From Eledone cirrhosa (lineage: Eukaryota): a DNA stretch of 64,000 nt. The translations under genes were made by a program, and so were the position numbers. A model generated the notes under the pieces. That model saw only the letters and a list, made by a program, of their open reading frames with translations. It searched no databases and was not told where the DNA came from. The stretch spans positions 281,976,001 to 282,040,000 of the forward strand of contig OZ024743.1 of the NCBI GenBank assembly GCA_964016885.1, given 5' to 3'. Every line of letters begins with the position of its first letter. The first letter of the stretch is position 1. Shown in pieces: positions 12,987-24,700 of this stretch.

Positions 12987-15656
12987 TGTTTCTACTTTAG
13001 GCACAAGGCCAGCAATTACCCAGTACATTACTGGTACTCTATTTTATTGACCCCGTAAGGATGAAAGGCAAAGTTAACCTCGGCGGGATTTGAACTCAGA
13101 CTGTAAAGGGACGTAACTATGCTAGAAAGCATGGCATCCAACCCTCTACCGATACTGCCAAAATAATAATAATGCTTTCTTTATTAACCACAAGGGTTTA
13201 CATAAAGTAGACATTAAGGACAGTACAGGACAATACAGGACGGTACAAATGGGCATTTCTGCGTGTAAAAAAACAAAAACAGAGGATGTAACAAAAAATA
13301 AACAATGAAAAATTCCCCAATAGGGGGGAGACTTCCGAGGGACATTTGTGGAGAAAGCCCATTAAAAGGCCACAGTGACCCTGACCACCAGGGAAAGTGC
13401 CCTCTCCACCTTTAATTTACAGACACATACTCAGAGTAGGCCCATTCACTCAGGCCATTCTTGGTTCTCTCACCCATCTTTCAACAAAATGCTGGGAAGA
13501 GAGCACTTCCCTCTCTACCCTGATTTTCCTTTTCAAATGAAATTTGAAAAAGTTAATCAGAGCATCACCGAAAAGGTAAGTGCTCGTCTTCAGCCCTTTC
13601 AAACGTGTCCACCATACTATCTCTTTCGCCATGGCCACCAGACAGATAAAAACTGCCTGCCCTTCCCGGCTAAAGGAAGAGAGTGGGGCAATCCTCACGA
13701 TGGGCTCAGCTGATAGCTGGATCCGTCCTACACGTGACAGCAGGTGTTCGACATAAACCCACAAGTCAGCAATGCTTGGACACTGGACGAGTGCATGCAG
13801 GACGGTTTCGTCGCCCTGCGCGCATCTCGGACATGCCCGGCTGACAGCACCTCCATGCCTGTAGAGTTTATCCCGAACTGGCAAAGCTCCTCGGTAGCAC
13901 TCCCAGGCCAGGGATTTCTGGAAGTTGTCCATAGGCCCCGGCCCAAAAGGCGTTTGTTTTGGTTGTGGCGTGGTGGATGGTGTAGGCACTGGTGCTAGTT
14001 CTGGCGCGTTGGGTGGTGGTGGTGTTGGTTTTGCTACTGTTGCTGGGGTTGTTGCTGTTACAGTTGCTTCTGTTGTTGCTGCTACAGTTGTTGCTGCCAT
14101 TTCTGCTGCTGGTGGTGTTGATGGTTGAGTCACTGGGGTGAGTAAGAGAGGTGGCCTCAACCTTTTAGCCTGAAGGCAGAAAGCCCTTAGGTGGGTTCCT
14201 TCACCACAAACGACACACCTAGGCCTTCTGCCCTCGACAATTACGGTGAGCTGGCTGCCGTCAGTGAGGTCTATTATCTCTGGGATCTCTTCAATGATTT
14301 TTTTGGTCCGCTTGGATCAGGAGCTCCATCCCAGATCCGGACCAGTTCTCCTGCTTTTCTTTCACTATTTCGCTTATCTTGGTGTTGGCCTCGATGCCGG
14401 CGAGTATGGCAGCCATTAGCCAGGGAATTTCGATGGCCGGTGGAACGTGGGTCACCCTGATCTTCACGAGTCTCTGGCCACAATAGCTTGGGACGAGTGT
14501 GAAGTCGTCACTTCTTAATGGGGCCATGGAGTGTTCTCTGGCCTCCTGTGGTGTTCCAAAGAACACGCCCACGGTTCCATATTTCTGCCCACGTCTGATG
14601 TGGGGTTTTTTTGCCCACACATGTCTCAAAGCTTTTTGGATTTGGGACTCGGATGCCCGTTCCACTCGGCGCGATTTTATATTAATTGTTCGATAAGACA
14701 CGGTGCATAGGCGACGATGCTCCATTTTATTAGTTGGTGGGGTGAGGCTGACTCTGTACCCATCTTTCTTTACCATTCTCTTAGCTTCATCTAATTCCTC
14801 CTGAGTTACCTATAATAATAATAATAATAATAATGATTTCTTTATTGGCCACAAGGGCTGACATCAAGAAAAACATTACAGACGGCACAGGACGGTACGA
14901 TGTGGGTTTTGTGCATGTAAAGATTTTTATTATTTATATAAAAAAAGAAAAAAAGACATAGAAACATATATATATATAAACAATAAAAAGGAAAATTGAA
15001 ACAATGAAAAATTCCCTAATAGGGGGGAAACCTCCGAGGGTTACTCATGGCGAAAACCGCACAAAAGACCACAACCACCCTGACCCCCAGGGCATGTGCC
15101 CTCTCTCAATTTTTCCATTTCTCAAACTACAGGCGTATATTCAGAGCGGTCCCGTTCACTCGGACCATTCTCGCTACATTCACCCTCCTTTCAACAAACT
15201 TGCTAGAAGGCAGCACTTGCCTCTCCACCCTGATTTTCCTCTTCAAGTGAAACTTGAAAAAGTTAATTAGGGATTCGCTGAAGAGGAAAGTATCTGTCTT
15301 TAACCCTTTCAACCTTGTCCACCACACAATCTCTTTTACCATGGCCACCAGACAGATGAAAACTGCCTGCCCTTCCGCCTCGAAGGAAGACGGTGAGACC
15401 ATCTGCACAATGGACTCAGTCGATAACCGGATCAGTCCTACACGCGACAGCAACTGTTCGACATAGCTCCACAAGTCAGCAATGCTCGGGCACTGAACGA
15501 GTGCGTGCATGACTGTTTCGTCGCTCTGCGCGCATCTATGACAGGCTCGGCTGACGGCACTTCCATGCCTGTAGAGCTTATCTCGAACCGGCAACACTCC
15601 CCGGTAGCACTGCCAGGCCAGGGATTTTTGGAAGTTATCCATAGGCCCTGGACTGA

Positions 15657-15713
<57 letters not shown>

Positions 15714-18700
15714 CAGGAGGTTTTTGTCATTCAGTATGAGGACATGGAGAACGACACTCCTTTTGAATAGTGAAACAAAATCACTGGAAGCTGGAGAAGT
15801 TAACATTAATTGTGGAATTTTTCAGGGTGACTCTTTATCACCGCTTTTATTCTGCATCACACTTATACCATTAAGTAAAATGCTCAATGAAACAAAACAT
15901 GGATATAGAGTCTATGACAAAACCATTAATCACCTGTTCTACATGGATGACCTGAAACTATTTGCAAAAAATGATGAACAATTGCAAGGGCTATTATCCA
16001 CTGTGAAGCAGTTCAGTGATGACATTAAAATGGAGTTTGGACTGGATAAATGCGCCAAAGCAACGTTCACCAGAGGAAAGCTGCTGAAGAGTTCAGACAT
16101 TAATCTTGATCGGGGGAACGTGATAAGAGAGCTTGATCAAGAAAAAACTTACAAATATCTAGGTGTTTGTGAAGGAGACGGAATCAAGCACTCGACAATG
16201 AGGGAAAGGATAAGGAAGGAATGTTACCGCAGAGTCAGAGCAATCTTAAGAACGGAATTGAATGCAAGGAATAGGATCGATGCCATAAACACGCTTGCCA
16301 TACCAGTAGTAACCTACAGTTACAATGTCATCAACTGGTCAAGCACAGAGATCCGTAGGCTCGATACAAAAATCCGAAAATTCTTAACCATGCACAGAAT
16401 GCATCACCCTAAGGCAGACATAGATAGAATATATCTCCCTAGGAAAGAAGGAGGACGTGGGTTAATCCAGTTAGACATTGCATTGAAAACTGCAACAATT
16501 GGATTATCCACATATCTAAGGGAATCACATGATTGGATGATCAAACTCGTTTTGAAACACGAAAGCACCAAAAGATCATATTCCATTACAAAAGATGCAC
16601 AAAGATACAGTAATGGACTACAAATTTCAGAAGTCCCATTTACTGCTGAAATGGAAAACACAGAAAAAGCAAAGCAGGTAAAAGTAACTGCAAAGAAAGA
16701 ACTGCTACAGAAACTGGCTAAGAAATGGCGAGAAAAGCCTCTGTATGGAAAATACCCAGAGCGAGCTAACAATCCTGATGTTGACAAAACTTTAACCCAT
16801 CAGTGGTTGGCATCCTCTGGACTGAAATCGGAGACTGAAGGACTGATTATATCGGCACAAGATCAGTGTCTGCCAACAAAAAATTACCAAGCCAACATAA
16901 TAAAAAATGGGTGCAGCCCATTATGCCGTGTATGCAAAAAACAACCAGAGACCATTGACCATATAATTTCAGTGTGCAGTCCTATAGCTCCAACCGAATA
17001 CCTAAACAGGCATGACAGAGCTGCACAATACATACATTGGATAATGTGTAAGCATTTTGACCTGCCCCATCAAAAGAATTGGTGGGAGCATCAACCACCT
17101 CCCATACTTGAAAAAGATCACATCTCAATCTTGTGGAACTTTAGCATCCAAACAGACCGAAAAATAGATGCAAATAGACCTGATATAATATTGAAGGACT
17201 TTCAAAGGAGGGTATGCCTGCTAATTGATATGTCTGTTCCAATAGACAAGAATGTATCTATAAAAACATTTGAAAAATTGAGCAAGTATAAGGACCTGGA
17301 GATAGAAATTGGAAAAATGTGGAAATTGAGAACTAAAACAATACCAGTGGTTGTAGGCGCTCTGGGAATGATACCTAAGGGGTCTAACGACTACTTATCG
17401 CAAATCCCAGGAAACCCGCGTATAGGAGAAATACAAAAGATAGTACTAATGGGAACTGCCCATATACTAAGGAAGATCCTGTCAATATAAGTACATCACA
17501 AGTCTAAACACTAAGGATGCATGTGTGAATATGTATGTTCTTTCTTGAACATGGCGGACCTTGTTGTCTCTTGAGGTCACTGGTTGTGACTTGGTGATAA
17601 CTCGTATAAACATAAAGCAAGATAAATGCAAATAATAATAATAATAATAATATTGAAATCCATAGAAGTTGAAGACTTCTGGAGTAAGATTTGGAGTGAT
17701 GAGAAGACATATAATGCTAATGTAGATTGGATTAGTTGCCTGGAAAAATCCTACACAAATTTAGAAGAACAGGCATGGGAAGACATCTCTATAGCGGACT
17801 CAAGGACAGCACTCAATAAATCTCATAAATAGAAATCTCCTGGTAGAGACAGGGTGCCAAATTTCTGGCTTTCCTCACTCCCGTGCACTCACAATATATT
17901 GGTCAAACTGTTTAATGGAATTATGAAAGATCCCAAAAATACACCTGATTGGATAGCAAGTAGCATTACCTACCTTCTACCAAAGAACAACGAAACCAAA
18001 GATCCAAAAAGCTATCGGCCCATAACCTGCTTGTCCACCACTTATAAACTATTAACCTCTATTCTCATGGAAAAAGCATACGTGTTTTTGGAGGAGAACA
18101 ATCTTTTCCCCATTGAACAAAATGGGTGCCAACGAGGTTCATATGGTTGCAAAGATCAACTTTTGATTAATTGTATGATCCTTGAGAACTGTCATAATAA
18201 ACACAGAAATCTCAGTTCTGCATGGATCGATTATAAAAAAGCCTTTGACAGCATACCACACTCATGGATTCTGAAATCACTGGATATCTTCAAAATCTCA
18301 CCTGTGATCTCAAACTTCCTGAAACACAATATGTCATTATGGAACACAAATCTCCAATTGTCTCATTCCACTGGGAATATAAACATCAACTGTGGTATAT
18401 TCCAGGGTCACTCACTTTCACCCTTGCTTTTCTGAATAGCTTTAATACCCCTTACATCCGAACTTAATAGAACAGGGTACGGTTATAGAATTGACAACAA
18501 AAAAATAAGCCACCTATTTTATATGGATGATTTGAAGCAATATTGCAAAGATAATGACGAACTGGAAGGCCTTTTGCGGACAGTATAAACGTTTAGCGAT
18601 GACATCAGGATGGAGTTTGGACTTGACAAGTGTGCAAAAGCCACTTTCAAGAAGGGGAAGCTTGTCAACTCAGACTCAGTTGAATTGGATGCTGAAACAA

Positions 18701-21700
18701 TCATAAAGGAACTTGAGCAGGAACAAACCTATAAATACTTACGGATTAATGAGGGCTCTGGCATACAGCATGCAAGTATGAAAGAGAGGATGAGGAAAGA
18801 ATTTTACAGGACAGTACGTGCAGTTCTGAGATCAGAACTAAACGCTCGTAACAAGGTGCTAGCCATAAATTCCTTGGCAGTCCCAGTTGTCACTTATAGC
18901 TTCGTTGTGTTGAACTGGAATATGAGTGAAATTAAAAGAATTGACACCAAAGTCCATAAGCTTCTGACCTGTAATAGGATGCACCACCCAAAAGCAGATG
19001 TGGATCGTCTTTACCTTCCTAGAACTCAAGGAGGCTGTGGCCTTATCCAATTTGAACTTGCTTACAAGACCACCATCATTGGACTGGCCAAATACCTTGA
19101 AACAACTAACGACTGTATGCTGAAACTTGTTGAAAAGCATGAGAGAAGTAAGAAGCTTCATTCTATCTTGAAGGAGAGCAAAAAATATGCTACTGATCTC
19201 ATGCTTGATACCCAGGCTGGACAGACTAAAGAAACTGTTGCAACTGATGCTACTAGCCACATAAAATCACTAGCAAAAGCAAAAGGGCATCAAATTGCAT
19301 CAAATTGGGATCAGAAACCTCTGCATGGCAAATATGTGGCCCATAACAAACAAGCTGATGTTGATCAAAAGCACACCCATCAGTGGCTACGTAGTTCAGG
19401 GCTAAAGGTGGAGGGTGAAGGCTTCATCTTAGCTGCCTAAGATCAAAGCTTATTGACTCGTAATTACCAGGCCAATATGATGAGAAACGGAATAAACCCA
19501 AAGTGCCGATTCTGCAATGCTGGGGTTGAAACAGTGGATCACTTAGTCTCTGGATGTAAAGTTTTAGCACCAGTAGAATACAAATATAGACATGACAGAG
19601 TTGGCCAATATCTACACTGGGTAATATGTCGGCATTACAAAATCAAAGCTGAAGACAAGTGGTACAATCATCACCCTGAGGCTGTAACTGAAGAAGAAAA
19701 AGTAACAATTCTCTGGGATTTTCCTGTACATACTGACAGGACCATAAAAGCAAATAGACCTGACATCATTGTAAAAGATCAACATAACAAGGTCTGTTTA
19801 TTGATAGATATGACCATCCCATGTGATCACAATATCGCGGCCAAAGAATTTGACAAGCTACGAAAATATAAAGATCTGCTTATTGAAATTGAGAAAATGT
19901 GGCACCTCAAGGCCGTTACAATACCAGTGATTGTGGGAGGACTGGGAATGATCAAGAAAGGAACAGAACAATATTTGCGAATGATTCCTGGTTCACCCTC
20001 TCTGCACGAGGTGCAAAAAATTGTTTTGACTGGTACTGCACACATATTGAGAAGAGCACTCTCTCTGTAAGATTGATATCCCTCCTTGTATTTACATATG
20101 CATATGCACATGTGTATATATGTATACTGTTTTTTTTTTTTATTATAATCAATGTATTAACTGGCTTACCAATGCACACTGTGAATTTATTTGCCCTAGG
20201 TATCAGAGATATGGTATACCAATTCTACACTTTCAAAGAAATGGCTGGTTCAAGACTGTAGCAGAAGATATTCGCCCAAGTTGCCATACAGTGGGATGGA
20301 GCCTAGAAACCCATGGTTGTGAAGTAAACTTCTTATCACTGCAGCCATACCTGTTTCATAATATCTAAATATAGCATAAAATAGTTACTCACTGTGACAT
20401 TTATGTTGATCTCTCCAAGTTCTTGTGGAATGATAATATATTCGATAGTTTCAGGCTTTTCCCCACAGACACACAAGCTGGTCTTATTAGGATATTGGTG
20501 GACAACAAAGTCTTCAGAGGTCACCAACTCTAGATCCACCTATAATATATATGATACAAATGGCAATATATTTACAAAAATGTGCATATTGGAGTAGTAT
20601 GTAAGCATTTATGTGTGTGTGTGTGTGTGTGTGTGTCTGTCTGTCTGTGTCTGTAGGGGGGGGGGGGTATGAAATCCTAGATACAGTTTGTTATATTTTT
20701 TGAAAAAAAGAAAAGAATGACTTCACTTGTAGTTTGTGTTCTAAACAATTTAATTTTACAATATTACAATTTTACAATTTTGCTATGTAGATCTACATAG
20801 CAAAATTGTAATATAAAATTAATTTGTTTAGAACACCAATTACGAGTGAAGTCATTCTTTTCCTTTTTTCAAATATATATATATATATTTGATATGTAGA
20901 TCCCAAGTTAAATTGAGGGTAACCACAATAAATAAGGTACTCAATACATTAGTAGGGTGTAAACATTATTATTTAATATAGAAATGGTTTCTACAGAACT
21001 AGAACTGTTTCATTCATATGAAACAGTTTTAGTCATATAGAAGTCATTTCTATATTAAATAATCATATATATATATATATTTATATATTGTTATACTTGG
21101 GGAGGGTCATATTTGCGTAATATTTCCAGAATTAATATATATATATATATATCCATATATCATCATATATCCATATATCATCATATATCCATATATCATC
21201 ATATATCCATATATCATCATATATCCATATATCATCATAAGGTCCTTTTTAAGGAATTTTTTATGACCAAATGCACTTCCTAGTGCCAAGTCTTTTAGTA
21301 ACCCCTTGCAACACACAGAGATACGGTATACCTATTCTACACTTTCAAGGAAATGGCTGGTTCAAGACTGTAGCAGAAGATATTCGTCCAAGTTGCCATA
21401 CAGTAGGATAGAACCTAGAATCCCATTCTGTCATTACCACCAAAGAGGTCCGACGAGCCATTGATTACAGAGTTGGGCTAGGTCGATACAGATCGAACCA
21501 TTAGATCAATAGCGAAATACACATCACCAACCAATATATATATATATATAGTTGTTGTTACAGGTTACATCTCATAGGAGGATTTTTGGAGTGTTTTAAT
21601 GATAGGGTAACCAGTCTTACCACCACCATCATCATCATCTTCAGTTAATCTCTGTTTTCCCAGGTAGCAAGGGTTGAGCAGGTCATCACAAACCAAGTCA

Positions 21701-24700
21701 GTATTTAATTGGAGATACTGACCCCACAGATGGGCTGGTAGCCACATCTCCCTTACATAGGTTCGTGTACTCTACATGATGCCTTTTATCATGATATCAG
21801 CACTAAGGGGGTTGTCATATCTTTGACATAACTGAAGAGTTCTCTTGACCCTTTGCATATATACATATATACATATATATGGACCTTTCACCCACCTCCA
21901 ATTCTATATATATATATATATTTTTTTTTTATTTCCTTCCCTAACCTTCTCTAACTACTCTTTTGTGTATCTGTTCTCTCCCTATCTGAACTTTCCTGAA
22001 GAAGGACTTCTGTCCGAAAAATCAAAAACCTCCTCCACTTCCACCAAGCATGAATCTAATATAACTGTGTAAAAATTACCTCCTGTGTTTTGTTTGTTTC
22101 ATTTATTAACTATATATATAAAGTAATATAGTTAATTTGAAGTGTTATGAGATATGTAATAAATGATTGTTAAGTTTCAAAAAGCCAGTACAATGCGATA
22201 GAAATATATAAAAGGTGAAGGATGACAAAATTAAACAAAAATAATGTTTTACCCAGTATATTTCAACATGATATTTCAGGGTTATTACCATCTTTTCAAA
22301 TGTGAAACAGAAACAGTTCAAAACAAAAATGAATGATCGGCGTGTTGTTCCTTAAGTGGTCTATGTGTCTGAAATACACATGTGTGGAGTCGTTACAGTA
22401 GCCAATCTACTTTGGGCATTGCCAATCTATTATTTATCTGGGGTTTTTTTCTTGTTGATGATAATGACGTCTTTGATTCTTAAATTTCTCACATTCCTTT
22501 CTGTCGCTTCTATGATGATTTCAATATCAAGATATTTTTTGACAGAAGAAGCTCTTGTCATCATGTGTTCCTTGATTTGTATGTGCAGCATCCAGGTGGT
22601 ACTGCCAATGTATGAGGAGCTATATTTTTTACATGTGAACTTGTAGACCAGTTATGCTCCCATGCATACTTCTGCGCTGTTGATGGTACAGTTCATCATC
22701 ATTGTCTGGTGGCCTCAGCCGAAATGGATTCAACAATTAATCTTCATGTGGGTCTGTCGTTCATTGCCATTGCCAAGTCCTGGATTTTAATACCAGAATC
22801 TTTGGAGATGACATCAGGATAGGAGAGCTTTCGCCCCTGTTATTAGTGACTTCTTGTGGTTTCCAAAGCACTAATGGGGACTCAGCCTCATAGGTGGCAT
22901 GATGGCAGTGGCCAGCAAATCTTACTCTCCTTTTACGTACAATGACAGATATGCATGGGAGGCTGGCATATATTTCTTTCAAAGTCAGATGTCACCAGCT
23001 TATGTTCTGAATTCATTGAAGCAGGTGAGTGTAAGTGCCATCAAGGCGCTTTTGTTGTCTGGATGAAAGCGTCCATGTTTCACTTCCATACAGCAAGATT
23101 GGTTGAATTGTTACTTGGAAGAGTCTGATCTTGGTGTGGTTGGAAAGATTTGATGCCAAACTTGATCCACCTTGTTGAAAGCTGTCCATGCTTGGGACTT
23201 TCTGGTGGCGAAATCCTTCTTAGAGTCCATGATCCAAGACCCAAGATACTTGAAATCCACAACTTGCTTGATATCACTGTCATTGATTGCTTAGATACTG
23301 TTGCCTGTACAGTTTGATATGTACTCTGTTTTGGTACAATTAGGAAGTATGAACATATCATTGTATGCAGGTCGGTGTCTATAGAGTAGTCTCCTTAATG
23401 AAGGTCCCAAGTGTGCTAGTTCTATATTCAGGACCTCCCTATGGATGGCTTGTCTGATGGCAACCGTTGTCCTCTCTAGGTAGCATATGTTACCTCTAGG
23501 GGTACGTTTCCTCCTTGCCCTTTTAAGTGTTGCTGCCTTGGCATTTCTGCATTTGGTGAAAGGAGTAGGGTAGCCATTCGCAATGAAAACTCTCTTGAAT
23601 TCCACCGTGTTGGTATATTTGTAGCTACCCTTGCTGAGAGATCACATTCTGTATATAAACTATTTTGGCTTTGTAGCGAAAGGCAAAATTATGGTGCACA
23701 AAAAAGTCACTGCAGGTATCCTTCTTGTAAAATTTCAGACACATAGACCAATTAGGGAACAACACATTAGTTTTGAACCGTTTCTGTTTCACATTTAAAA
23801 ATAAGCTAATAGCTTTGAAATATGTTGCAATATACTGGGTAAAACTATACTGTGTTTTGTTTTATTTGTCATCCTATGCTCTTTCAATATTTCTATTGCA
23901 TTGTACCTGCTTTTTGATAATTATCAGTCGTTTATTACATATCTCACAATGCTTGGTATTAACTATACTACTTTATATATATATATATGAAAAATGATAA
24001 CGATTTGAAACAAGCACCTAATGTGTTTTTATTTTATATACATGTCACGTGTATAGTACACAACGAAAATACATTTTTTTTACATCAAAAAGAATAGTTT
24101 TTGTACTTTTGTGGTTGACAATTTTTTATTAAAACAGCTTTTCAAAAGTTTTTTTCATTTTTAATTTACTTGTTTTCCATTCGTAATGTTATTGTTGCTT
24201 ATGTTTTGTAACTTATGTCGAGAAAAAACACAATTCTTGACAAGGAACGTAACTCTGGTCTGATCAGATATTAAATGTTATATATGCATATCTTTGGCCT
24301 AAATTTTTCTATGAAAATTTCTCTTTGTCGATGTGTTTTTCCTCTGATGTAGACTAGCAACATTGATACAGAGGAAAGACATTAAAGTTTGGTAAAGTTT
24401 GCCCTTCATATGTTGGCTAAGAGGGATCTTTCTTGTGTATGGATCTCTAATTTGTTGGTGGTGAAATGTCATTCTTTGTCAAAGTGTTAGAGCTGCTTGG
24501 CCAATGTAGTGTTCATTGTAACCTTTACATGTTAAAATATATATTAAACTTTCTGAGTTGCAAGAGAAGTCATTTCTAATTTTGAAAATGGGACCTTCTT
24601 TAAAGTGGAATTTATGGCGATCAACAGAACAACTTACTCATGAAATTAATGTACAAGTGGATGACCATTACATAGACACATATACTCTTAATGTAGTTCT

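Noticed and set aside
15505-15712. N-terminal extension of the 661-aa ORF
   Set aside because: Read-through of the antisense Tx1-like fragment and the (ATA)n tract; the true element starts at about 15713.
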